From Candidatus Bathyarchaeia archaeon (GTDB lineage Archaea > Thermoproteota > Bathyarchaeia > Bathyarchaeales > Bathycorpusculaceae), in assembly GCA_049515895.1 (NCBI GenBank), contig JBEKTQ010000021.1, positions 60,740 through 124,739 of the forward strand: a stretch of DNA of 64,000 bases, given 5' to 3'. The translations under genes and the position numbers were made by a program. The notes under the pieces were generated by a model that worked only from the letters and a program-made list of their open reading frames with translations, was not told the DNA's origin and did not search any database. Below are positions 39,435-48,793 of the stretch, piece after piece (within the stretch, counting starts at the first letter, position 1; every line of letters starts with the position of its first letter).

Positions 39435-39743
39435 ATGGTAAGAAAAGCACGAATACGCCTCACAAGCACAGATTACAGCAAACTTGAAGAGGTATGCGGA
39501 GAACTCAGAAGCATCGCACAGAAGACAGGCGTGAAAATCAACGGTCCAGTGCCACTGCCAACCAAACGGCTCCGAGTACCAGTTTTGAAAGCACCGTCAG
39601 GCGAAGGAACCGCAACGTGGGACAGATGGGAAATGCGCATTCACAAACGGTTAATCGACATTGACTCGGAAGAACGGGTAATGCGGAGAATCATGCGTAT
39701 CCGTGTGCCCGAAGAAGTCCACGTAACAATCGAACTTATCTAA
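39435..39743 (+). CDS. rps10: 30S ribosomal protein uS10
   Basis: [34 protein letters not shown]. Confidence 0.97.
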   Translation: MVRKARIRLTSTDYSKLEEVCGELRSIAQKTGVKINGPVPLPTKRLRVPVLKAPSGEGTATWDRWEMRIHKRLIDIDSEERVMRRIMRIRVPEEVHVTIELI

Positions 39744-39807
39744 GAACTACCTAATTTTTAGCAATCTTTTATTTTATCGTCTTTACAGACTAATGTTTTT
39801 GATTTTA

Positions 39808-40623
39808 TCAATAAGAGATTAGAATAAAAGCTGTGATGGTTAGGACAAGGCTTGGAATGAAGGCTAAAAGCCAGGCTTTCTTGTTGAAGCTGAAGATTTT
39901 GTAGCCGTCAAGGATCCCGAATGGTATCAGGTTAAAGATTGATAGGAAAGCGTTGATGTACGCGGCGAAGAACAACACCGAAACAAAGGGGCTTGGGGGT
40001 AAGACAAATGCAACTCCGAGAATGCCAGCTGCCAGCAGGATGTTGGTGACGGGCCCAGCAAGCGAAATTTTGACTATTTCCTCTCCATTAGGTGAACCTG
40101 AAATCATCATGGCACCAGGCGCAATCATTCTGAACGGTAAAAATACTGAAACGAAAGTTAACAATACTCCCCATGTTGTCAGGCGGAACTCGGCCCACAA
40201 ACCGTTTCTTTGGGCCGTAATTTTGTGCGCCATTTCATGGGTCAAGACAGAGCCTGCCATTATAGCCGCGAAAACAGCCATTAAGGTCAATGTCCAATGA
40301 AAGTTGAAGCCTCCGAAGGCGTTTCCGTAGAGCCCGATGGAGAAACCGATGGCGACTATAAGAGCCGCTGCCACTGTGATGTGTTCAACTTCTTTGGGGC
40401 TTGACGTAATGTGGTTCTGCCGTGGCGGACCCAACTTGTATGTGTACTGGTATGAGTTGTACGATTGAGGCGTTAGCACTTGCCCTTGCCTTTGTGCACG
40501 TGCAAAATCAATTTTTGGGCAGGCGTGATTCTCAGGCAGACGGTGTGCACTGCAGAACGTTCCGCCGCAGAATGGGCAATGGAAAGGGAGATCAAGCTCC
40601 TGATTGCACGTTTGGCATTTCAT
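39808..40623 (-). CDS. AN1-type zinc finger fused to an M50 (site-2) membrane metalloprotease
   Basis: CQTC...FHCPFCGGTFCSAHRLPENHAC; HEMAH, AGPVTN, NLIPFGILDG. Confidence 0.9.
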   Translation of the reverse strand: MKCQTCNQELDLPFHCPFCGGTFCSAHRLPENHACPKIDFARAQRQGQVLTPQSYNSYQYTYKLGPPRQNHITSSPKEVEHITVAAALIVAIGFSIGLYGNAFGGFNFHWTLTLMAVFAAIMAGSVLTHEMAHKITAQRNGLWAEFRLTTWGVLLTFVSVFLPFRMIAPGAMMISGSPNGEEIVKISLAGPVTNILLAAGILGVAFVLPPSPFVSVLFFAAYINAFLSIFNLIPFGILDGYKIFSFNKKAWLLAFIPSLVLTITAFILISY

Positions 40624-40762
40624 CTAACAAATGCGCCTTTTACACATACGTGTACGTAGTTGCTTATATTTTTCCCCTTCAAAAACCAAGATTTCCAGGG
40701 CATTTTTCCTCAGCAGTTTCGAGGAGGTTGCGGTTGAGAACGACATTATTCTTATATATAGC

Positions 40763-40790
40763 CTGTATACATTCTAATCCTGCTGTATAC
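40763..40790. promoter_or_regulatory. Two CTGTATAC boxes 20 bp apart, probable antitoxin operator
   Basis: 40763-40770 and 40783-40790, between TTATATA and the vapB ATG. Confidence 0.5.
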
Positions 40791-40801
40791 GAGGCAGAAA
40801 A

Positions 40802-41023
40802 ATGACAACTGAAGTTTTATCCGTAAGGATCAAGAAAAGCCTCAAAGACGAAGCAGAGAAGCTCGGTGTTGATTTAAGAAAAGCGGTAGAAGAGTCTCTT
40901 GAAGAGCTTGTGGCTGAGAAAAAAACAAGGGCACAGAAGCTTGCGAAACAACTGCGTGACCTCATGGATGTCACGCCGGAGGAGTGGGTAAACGACGTCA
41001 GAGCGACAAGGCAAGAAATGTAA
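40802..41023 (+). CDS. vapB: VapB-like RHH antitoxin
   Basis: TEVLSVRIKKSLKDEA strand-helix; directly upstream of a PIN gene. Confidence 0.8.
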   Translation: MTTEVLSVRIKKSLKDEAEKLGVDLRKAVEESLEELVAEKKTRAQKLAKQLRDLMDVTPEEWVNDVRATRQEM

Positions 41024-41390
41024 ATACCTTATAGATACATCTGCACTGTACCCAATGCTGGTTTCAGGCATCCCGTTTAATCCAGAAGAATGCGCAACAA
41101 TTTCCTTAACCCAATATGAAATTGGAAACGTCCTGTGGAAGGAAACCCAGCAGAAAAAACTCAAAGACCCGGGGCAAGTAGCAAAAATCTTTTCCGAAGC
41201 AATTCAGCCTTTAAGAAAATTGGAGATTGACTCCATAGCCAATGTCCTGATAGTGGCCATTCAAAGAAAACTCACATTCTACGATGCCTCATACGTTTAC
41301 GAGGCTGAAAAAGAAAACCTGAAATTAGTTACCCAGGACACAGACATGCTGAAGAATTGCAAATTGGCGATTCTAATAAAGGAAATGTAA
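41022..41390 (+). pseudogene. vapC: VapC PIN-domain toxin lacking a canonical start ahead of its first catalytic Asp
   Basis: In-frame KYLIDTSALYP precedes ATG 41055 with no ATG/GTG/TTG; YEIGN, LTFYDASY, LVTQD. Confidence 0.7.
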
Positions 41391-41666
41391 AGCCCCCTTA
41401 CCACTGTCTTTGCTTGGGCTTGATCAGCACCCAAACCAAAAAAGCAACCCAAAACAAGCCCTGACCAGAACCATCTACCTATAGGGGTACCACATTTTTG
41501 TGACAAAACCACCACAAAAAGCAAAGCTTTCCAAGAACCCTTCTCCGTCCACAGGTAGAAATCGAGGCAAATAGCACGAAAACAGGGCTTGCATGGTGAA
41601 AAGCCAAGAGCTAAATACATTCGAGCCACTATCAGAGAAACATAAAGTGAGGGGAGCATTAGAGTA

Positions 41667-42872
41667 GTGAAGCCGTTTAGTTTTGTTCACGCTTCAGACC
41701 TGCACCTGGGTTACGCACAGTATGGGTTGGAAGCGAGAAGGCAAGACTTCGACAACGCATTCAAAGAATTGGTGGACAAAACCATCGAGTTAAAGGTTGA
41801 CTTCATGATCATCGCAGGCGACCTTTTTCACCAAGCTAGACCCTCAAACGTGACGCTGGAGAACACAATCCGCAGTTTTAAGCGGCTCAAAGATGCTGGA
41901 ATCCCAGTCTTAACGGTCGACGGTTCCCATGACTCGGCACCCAACACCGTCACAGGCACCATCCTCTACCCATTGGACAGCGCCGGGTTAATACATCATC
42001 TCCCAAGACACAGCGGCGCATGCTGGCGCAAACAAGACTGCTGCTACGTGTACGGCATCCCAAACTTCCACAACAAACACAAAACTGAAGAGGCACTTCC
42101 AAAATTCATCGCGGAAAACCCACCCGCACCCGACAGCAACGCCTTCAACATCTTCGTTTTCCACGGAGCATTAGATCTACCGGCGGTCAAACCGCCCTAT
42201 ATTGAAGCCGAACTTTCACCCGACCAATTACCCAGCGACTTCAACTACTACGCTGCTGGCCACGTGCATGAGCAGTTCCTCGAGAAGTTCAAAGGAGGCT
42301 TACTGGCTTACAGCGGCTGCACGGAAACCGCAGATTACCGAGAAGCCAGGTACCCAAAAGGCTTCTTGTATGTTAATGTAAACGAGAAGTGCGAAGTGGA
42401 TCCGCAGCCCATTGAGCTCACGTCCACCCGCAGGTTCATCGTCTTAGAACAAGAGTACAACGGCGTATCATCCTCAAAAATCAACGAGTTAACCGCCCAA
42501 CAGGTAAAAGAAAATGATGCAGAAGGAGCCATCATAATCCCAGTTTTGAAAGGAACACTCCCAGTTGAGGCCAGTCGATCAGAGATTGACACAGGAAAAA
42601 TCCGAAGCGCAGGCGAAAAAGCCCTTCTTGTCCACCCGATCGTGCTGCTTAAGGAAACCGCGATTTCAGACGAGGTGGCACGGACCATTTTCGAAAGCGA
42701 ATTCAAGGATTTACGGACCAAAGCTTTTGATTACTTTCTGGAGATTTTCTCGCAGCGTTACAGCCGCGAAGAAGCTGAAAAAATTGCTCGGTCAGCTCTC
42801 AACCTCATCGAGCCGCTGAGCCGAAAACAGGAAGACAAAGTCAAACAGGCAATCGAGGAGCTGACGAAATGA
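41667..42872 (+). CDS. mre11: Mre11/SbcD-family nuclease
   Basis: SDLHLG, AGDLFH, GSHD, FHG, AGHVH, YSG. Confidence 0.92.
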   Translation: MKPFSFVHASDLHLGYAQYGLEARRQDFDNAFKELVDKTIELKVDFMIIAGDLFHQARPSNVTLENTIRSFKRLKDAGIPVLTVDGSHDSAPNTVTGTILYPLDSAGLIHHLPRHSGACWRKQDCCYVYGIPNFHNKHKTEEALPKFIAENPPAPDSNAFNIFVFHGALDLPAVKPPYIEAELSPDQLPSDFNYYAAGHVHEQFLEKFKGGLLAYSGCTETADYREARYPKGFLYVNVNEKCEVDPQPIELTSTRRFIVLEQEYNGVSSSKINELTAQQVKENDAEGAIIIPVLKGTLPVEASRSEIDTGKIRSAGEKALLVHPIVLLKETAISDEVARTIFESEFKDLRTKAFDYFLEIFSQRYSREEAEKIARSALNLIEPLSRKQEDKVKQAIEELTK

Positions 42873-44956
42873 AGATTGAAGTCGTTCAGCTTGAAAACAT
42901 TCGCAGCCACGTCAAATCAACCGTGCCTTTCACAAGCGGCTTTAACTGTCTCGTGGGAGGGTTGGGCTGCGGAAAATCCAGTGTTCTCTACGCGGTTGAC
43001 TTTGCCTTGTTCGGCGATGCACTCGGGAGAAGTTTTGAGTATTTGCTTCGTGAAGGCGCAGACTGGGGACGCGTCACCGTTCAATTTACTCAGAACGCTT
43101 GCACCTATAAGCTTACCCGTGGAATCAAACGTAAAGGAAAAAGCATTACTCAAAACTTTGAGGAGCTAAAGCTTTTCGAGGATGAGAAGCTTGTCGCAAG
43201 CATGAAAACCGACGCGATTGCCGAGCAGTTCAAAGCTATAACAGGGTTAGATAAGGAGCTTTATCGGGAGATTGTCTGGTTTAGGCAGGAGCACCTTAAA
43301 GAGCTGTTGGATTCGGCGCCGCGTGACCGACAGAGGCGTTTGGATGAATTGTTCGGCTTATCTGACTATGAGGTTGCATGGAGCAGCATCGCCCAGTACC
43401 AGCGGGATTACGAAACCGAAAGGCGAGTTTACGAGAAAGACCCAGATGTTAACGGATTAGAAAAACTCAGCCTCGAGTACAACAAGACCACCGAAGAATA
43501 CACAATGCTGGAAATGGAGCTTGAAACCCAAACGCAGAAATTGGCAATTTCCAAAAAAACGTTAGATGAAGCGGATTCTAAACTTAAGCGGCTGGAAGAG
43601 AAACGGCAAGCCATTGAGGAGCTAAAACGTAAAGAAGCAAGACTGCACTCTGACACCGTTAACACATGCAGAACCCTAGCTTCGTTGACCGAGCGAATAC
43701 AAGGCAAGAAAACAATCTTGGACAATTTGCGTCAACGCCAACTTTCCATTGACACCCAAGCCAAACTTTACTTAAGCAAGCTCGAGCAAGCAGGCTTACC
43801 GACAAACCAACCTGCACAGTCACTGCACACTTGCATGGCAACGTTAGACGACAAAATCAGCGGTTTGCGAGCTGACCAAGAAGCAACATCCAGAGACCTA
43901 CAAATAGACAAGAGACGAGCAGTCTCACTGGCGCAGGAAAACAAGTGTCCGCTTTGCATACAGCCCTTGGACGGAGAGTACAAAACCAACCTGCTATCAC
44001 GAATTGAAAAAGATAACATTGACCGAGAGAAAACCATCGCCCAGCTAAGAGCACAAATCGATTCCATGCAGAAAACAAAGGCTTCAGCCTCGGATGCTTA
44101 TGCTAACCTGCAAACCTGTCTGACAAGAGCCGAGGATTTGAGGAACCGCTTAAGCGAGGAGGAAATCAACCTTAAAAGCTTATCAAGCGAGTTTGAAGAG
44201 AAACAGGGGCTTGAAGCGGACCTAAAGATGCAGCTTGAACAGGTGCAGTTTGAAATCAGCAGGTTCGACTCATCTGAAGTAGACGCGGCACGAACGCATC
44301 GTGAAGCGGCGTTCAGGCAGTATTACCTCGTTGACTCAGAATTGCGAACCAAAGAAAGCCGCAAAAAAGACCTTTTCAGTCGCATAGACGAAATCAAGGA
44401 CCGGATTAATGTTGCTCAGGAAAAACTAGAGCGCATGGAGAAGAACCGCAAGGCCGTCGAGATTTTAGGTGCTATTCGCGATGCCTACCGCAGTATTCAG
44501 CCTAAACTTCGCTACGAGTTCGTGAAGGTTTTGCGCAACTATATCCAGCAAGTTCTTGACAGCTTAGTCGGCGCCGAAGCAGCCATGTTAAATGTGGTGA
44601 TCGATGACACGTACACACCTTACGTGAAAAGCGAAGCGGGGGTTGACCGTGAAGTTTCGAACCTTTCAGGCGGCGAACGCACGCTTTTGGCTTTCGCTTA
44701 CCGTTTAGGTTTAGGTCAGCTTATCATGCAGTCACGGACGGGTCACGGCTTAAGCATGCTTGTGCTTGATGAACCGACAGAAAACTTGGGCAGCGAAGAC
44801 GGCAGCATAGAGCGGCTGGCAGAAGCCATAAGCCGATTCAAAGCCATCGAGCAAATCATCGCCGTTACCCACAGTGAAGCCTTCGCTGGAAAGGCTGACC
44901 ACGTGATTACTCTTGAAAAAGAGGCTGGAATAAGCAAAATATCAATTGAAAGGTAA
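42869..44956 (+). CDS. rad50: Rad50/SbcC SMC-like ATPase
   Basis: GCGKSS, coiled coils, CPLC zinc hook, LSGGE, LDEPT, VTH. Confidence 0.93.
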   Translation: MKIEVVQLENIRSHVKSTVPFTSGFNCLVGGLGCGKSSVLYAVDFALFGDALGRSFEYLLREGADWGRVTVQFTQNACTYKLTRGIKRKGKSITQNFEELKLFEDEKLVASMKTDAIAEQFKAITGLDKELYREIVWFRQEHLKELLDSAPRDRQRRLDELFGLSDYEVAWSSIAQYQRDYETERRVYEKDPDVNGLEKLSLEYNKTTEEYTMLEMELETQTQKLAISKKTLDEADSKLKRLEEKRQAIEELKRKEARLHSDTVNTCRTLASLTERIQGKKTILDNLRQRQLSIDTQAKLYLSKLEQAGLPTNQPAQSLHTCMATLDDKISGLRADQEATSRDLQIDKRRAVSLAQENKCPLCIQPLDGEYKTNLLSRIEKDNIDREKTIAQLRAQIDSMQKTKASASDAYANLQTCLTRAEDLRNRLSEEEINLKSLSSEFEEKQGLEADLKMQLEQVQFEISRFDSSEVDAARTHREAAFRQYYLVDSELRTKESRKKDLFSRIDEIKDRINVAQEKLERMEKNRKAVEILGAIRDAYRSIQPKLRYEFVKVLRNYIQQVLDSLVGAEAAMLNVVIDDTYTPYVKSEAGVDREVSNLSGGERTLLAFAYRLGLGQLIMQSRTGHGLSMLVLDEPTENLGSEDGSIERLAEAISRFKAIEQIIAVTHSEAFAGKADHVITLEKEAGISKISIER

Positions 44957-45124
44957 ATCGCTGGAAAAAAAGAGAATTTTAGAGAAGCTACCAACCAAGC
45001 GTTTTAATGTTGGTAAACCCTTATATCGAACCCATTCTATATTTTGAAAAGCGGAAAAGATGTGTTAAAAAGGAGTTACAAAACACATCAAAAAATTTGT
45101 TAAATATAAGGAGTAGAAAAAAAG

Positions 45125-45910
45125 TTGAAAACAAAAAACCTTAAAGTTTTTACCATGATCCTGCTAATATCAGCGCTCTTAATACTAGCATCAAGCGCGA
45201 GCCTCTCAAACGTCAAAGCAGCAACAACAACAGCCCTATTCAATTACACCACACTAGGCGGTTCAGTCACTGCAAACGGCACCGCTTTAACAGGCGGAGC
45301 AGCAACAAATTTCAATAGCGGCGACACACTTCAGTTCAAAGCGACCGCTTCATCAGGCTTCCAATTCTTATGCTTTGTATATGCCGATGCATCCGGTTCA
45401 ATTACCTCAACTGACAACCCATTCACGCACACCATAACAGCTGCCTGCGCTATGGAGGCAGTCTTCATACCGACCAGCAACGCTCCTGCATCAACAGCGT
45501 CCGGTGGAGCAGCAACAGTAACCCTTTTCACTACGATAGGAGGAACAACAGATCCCGCTGCGTCAACCAGTGGAGCATCTTACAGCAATTACACCATAGG
45601 CACCGCTTCAACCATAACACAATCGTCAGGCACCAGCGGCGACTTCAAATTCTTATGTTGGGTTACACAAGACTCAAATGGAGCTTCCCTATACACCACA
45701 AGTTCGCTTTCACTTACACCTAGATCTAGCGGGATCGCTATAGAAGCAATTTGGATCCCAACCAGCAGCACAGTAACACTGCCGTCAGCATCTGTGACAC
45801 CGACGCCGAAAGTAGATGAGGTTTCATCTGTAATGGCAGCCATCGTAGCCGCAGCATTAGTTGCAGCCGCAGTCGGAACAGTCGCATACACCAAAAAAGC
45901 ACGAAAGTAA
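45125..45910 (+). CDS. Secreted Thr/Ser-rich surface protein with two InlB-B-like repeats and a C-terminal TM anchor
   Basis: Signal peptide; two repeats TT.GG...F.FLC...EA...P; VDEV-TM-KKARK tail. Confidence 0.8.
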   Translation: MKTKNLKVFTMILLISALLILASSASLSNVKAATTTALFNYTTLGGSVTANGTALTGGAATNFNSGDTLQFKATASSGFQFLCFVYADASGSITSTDNPFTHTITAACAMEAVFIPTSNAPASTASGGAATVTLFTTIGGTTDPAASTSGASYSNYTIGTASTITQSSGTSGDFKFLCWVTQDSNGASLYTTSSLSLTPRSSGIAIEAIWIPTSSTVTLPSASVTPTPKVDEVSSVMAAIVAAALVAAAVGTVAYTKKARK

Positions 45911-45917
45911 AACCCCA

Positions 45918-45938
45918 CTTTCCTTTTTATTTTTTTTG
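45918..45938 (+). terminator. Oligo-T archaeal terminator
   Basis: TTTCCTTTTTATTTTTTTT immediately after the stop. Confidence 0.5.
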
Positions 45939-46102
45939 TGAAACCCACTTTTTCGATTTTCAAATCAAGCATAGACCATTTTAATTTTGTTTGACGAGTT
46001 TCTACTGAGTTCATGTGAAAGTGCCCTTAACGTAAATTCCCAAGCCTTATATAACGCCCTCGCGAACCCTTAAACCACCAAAAAACGGGTTGGCGGCAAG
46101 AC

Positions 46103-47218
46103 ATGAAGTTTGACGTGGGAATCGAATCAATCCAAGCCGAAGTAAAAGACACCATTCTTGTAATTTCATCCAGCGAACGTCTGAGAGTGCTCAGTTCAGC
46201 GGTTTTGAACGGCGGACTAATTGAAGCAGATGGGATAATTAACGTGCAGGTTCCCGAAGGCAGCGGCGAAGACAAAAACGATCTCCACTGGAACGCCGAA
46301 GAATTCTTGAAAACGCAAGTTGAAAGGCTCCACCTTCCCAGTGGAAAAGTAGTTGGGTTGATGACCGCTGCAAAAATGAAGAATGTAGCGACAGCCACCA
46401 GAAAAAGGGGCAAAACAACCATTTCCCTATTTGTAACAGCTGGAACAACCGTCGCCGTCACAGCGGGAGAACCGGCAGCCTCAAAAAACCCGCTGAAACC
46501 CGGCACAATAAACATTATCCTGCTGGTAGATGGAAACATGACAGACGGCTGCATGATTGAGGCACACAAAACCATCACTGAAGCAAAAACAGTTGCGTTG
46601 CGGGAGCTAGATCTCAGAAGCCAGTTTTCAGGCGACCTTGCCACCGGAACATTAACCGACACCGTAGCAGTTGGTTGCACCAAAAAAGGCGAGCTCATAA
46701 GTTTCGCCGGAACCTTCACTTTAATCGGAGAACTAATCGGGCAATGTGTTCGTGAATGCGTGAAGACGGCTATTTCCCAGCAAGAAGGGTTCGTGGCGAG
46801 CAGACCCCTATCGGAAAGATTAACTGAGAGAGGGATACAAATCGAGAAGTTGACGTCTCTTTTCAGCGAAACCCTCCCAGTTGAAAGTGCTAAACGTCAG
46901 CAGTTAAAAACGGAAGTGGAGCAAACTTTAGCTGACAAGAAAATTGCTGGATTGGTTTTGGCAAGCCTCAGGTTTGACGACGATTTAAGAAAGGGCTTAA
47001 TCCCCGAGCACGCTGAAAACACGGTTGGCCAAGACGTTTTTGAAGAAATTGTGTCTACGGCAATTAGGATTTACTTGTCGGACAACTGCATCTCTGACGT
47101 TGAGTGCCTAAGGTTGATGACGAACGAAAAAAGTTTGGGTCCCATGACAGGCTGTGTTCTAAACGCAATCCTAAAAAACGCCTACTCCAAAATTGACCAA
47201 CCAAAACAGCCATTGTGA
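46103..47218 (+). CDS. cbiZ: Adenosylcobinamide amidohydrolase with a C-terminal CobZ-like domain (CbiS-like fusion)
   Basis: LSSAVLNGG, GLMTAA, VTAG, GTINI, TITEAK, ATGTLTD. Confidence 0.88.
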   Translation: MKFDVGIESIQAEVKDTILVISSSERLRVLSSAVLNGGLIEADGIINVQVPEGSGEDKNDLHWNAEEFLKTQVERLHLPSGKVVGLMTAAKMKNVATATRKRGKTTISLFVTAGTTVAVTAGEPAASKNPLKPGTINIILLVDGNMTDGCMIEAHKTITEAKTVALRELDLRSQFSGDLATGTLTDTVAVGCTKKGELISFAGTFTLIGELIGQCVRECVKTAISQQEGFVASRPLSERLTERGIQIEKLTSLFSETLPVESAKRQQLKTEVEQTLADKKIAGLVLASLRFDDDLRKGLIPEHAENTVGQDVFEEIVSTAIRIYLSDNCISDVECLRLMTNEKSLGPMTGCVLNAILKNAYSKIDQPKQPL

Positions 47219-47319
47219 TCAATCTGTTGTGATAGTGCATCAACTGCTGGCAAGCAATTTTCCATGCATCGGCCAAGTACAGTTAACTTTAATAATGCTG
47301 CAACTCGCTTTTTAGCAAG

Positions 47320-48594
47320 GTGCAAATTTACGTGGTCTCCATAAACCCCGATGAGCTGCCCTATGACACGCTCAAACATTGGCCTCCAATGACGTACAGA
47401 AACAATCAAGCACCAACCCAGGAGGCCATCGGGGATTTTGCAAATTTTCTCAACTCGGAAAACTGCTCTAAGGGACCAAAAGAGTTGCAGCCGTGGATTC
47501 CTTTCTGCGATGGAAGATGCTCCTTTTGCTACTTCCCAGTTAACTGCGAAAAACACGACATTTCCGCCTACATTAAAGCCTTGAAAAGCGCGCTGCATCA
47601 CTACGCAGAAACCAAGTATGTAAAATCAACAGTTTTCGATGAAATCTACGTAGGTGGAGGCAGCCCATCCGTTCTTTCTGAGACGCAAATCGCAGATGTC
47701 ATGAACTATTGCCGAGGCAACTTCAAGTTTGCCGACAACTGCACAGCAAAGTTTACCGCATGCACCTTCGGGCTGACTGGCAAGAAAATTCGTCTCTTAG
47801 CTTCCCAAGAAATTGACCAGTTAGACATCGGGGTCCAAACCTTTGAAGACGCCTTCCGAAAAAACCTCACACTCCGCGACAAAAGCAAAGACGCGAAGGA
47901 AAAGCTGAAGACAGTCAAGAAAAACGGTTTGCACCTCAGCATCGACCTGCTCTATAACCTCCCGGGGCAGACGATGGAGCAGTGGAAAGGGGACTTGAAG
48001 CAGGCTTTGGAGCTTGAAGTTGAAAGCGTGGACTGCTACCCGCTGGATTTGTACGCTGATACGCCGCTTGCCCAGAGAATCGCTGGCGGTGAACTGCCTT
48101 CGCCCGGGGATTACAAGAAAGAACTTGAGATGTACATGGAAGCCTACGACATCTTCAAACAAAACGGGTACTTCCCAACCTGCCACAACAGATTCTCAAA
48201 ACTCAAAGAAGACCGCGGCAAAGTGTCTTCAGAAGTTGTAGGAACAGGCGCAGGCTTCTTTATGGGGCACTTAGGCAACTTCCAATATTCAGACATCGGC
48301 AATGTAAAAGACTACATAGCTTCTGTTCAGAAAGGATCTTTTCCCTTAGCTTCCCTCGCAACCCTCTCCAAAGAAGACAAAATGCGCAAAGCAATGATGC
48401 TCATCTACGTCCGTGTTCGCTTGGACCGCAAAGACTTCAGGGACGAATTCGGAAAGTTCCCTGAAGAAGCATTTCCAGACGCCATAGAAAGGCTCAAACA
48501 AAAAGGGCTGATCGAGGTCACAGACGAAGAAATACGACTATCAGAGAAAGGCGATCCTTGGCGATTCAACATTGCTTGGGAGTTCTTTAAGTAA
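47320..48594 (+). CDS. HemN-like radical SAM protein
   Basis: WIPFCDGRCSFCYF, YVGGGSPS, IGVQTF, SIDLLYNLPGQ, HemN_C-like tail. Confidence 0.85.
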   Translation: MQIYVVSINPDELPYDTLKHWPPMTYRNNQAPTQEAIGDFANFLNSENCSKGPKELQPWIPFCDGRCSFCYFPVNCEKHDISAYIKALKSALHHYAETKYVKSTVFDEIYVGGGSPSVLSETQIADVMNYCRGNFKFADNCTAKFTACTFGLTGKKIRLLASQEIDQLDIGVQTFEDAFRKNLTLRDKSKDAKEKLKTVKKNGLHLSIDLLYNLPGQTMEQWKGDLKQALELEVESVDCYPLDLYADTPLAQRIAGGELPSPGDYKKELEMYMEAYDIFKQNGYFPTCHNRFSKLKEDRGKVSSEVVGTGAGFFMGHLGNFQYSDIGNVKDYIASVQKGSFPLASLATLSKEDKMRKAMMLIYVRVRLDRKDFRDEFGKFPEEAFPDAIERLKQKGLIEVTDEEIRLSEKGDPWRFNIAWEFFK

Positions 48595-48793
48595 TAACTT
48601 GGAGCTAGTGCTCCTCTGATGATTTCTGCGAGTAGATGTAAGCTAACTCAAAAACTATGATTGATCGAAATAACGCCTTTTTTTGGACGTCTTTTGTTGA
48701 TAGGTTGAAAGCATAACCGGCCTTAAAGTGAATTTGGAGAGAGTAAATCAAAAATACTTGCGTTAAGAATCTTTTTGGAAAGAGACGCATCAA

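Noticed and set aside
41540-41570. ORB-like TCCACAGGTAGAAA
   Set aside because: Single copy, wrong spacing, no G-string or adjacent cdc6
46027-46719. 230-aa antisense ORF, and the many other nested or antisense ORFs in the track
   Set aside because: Shadows of well-supported genes on the other strand or frame
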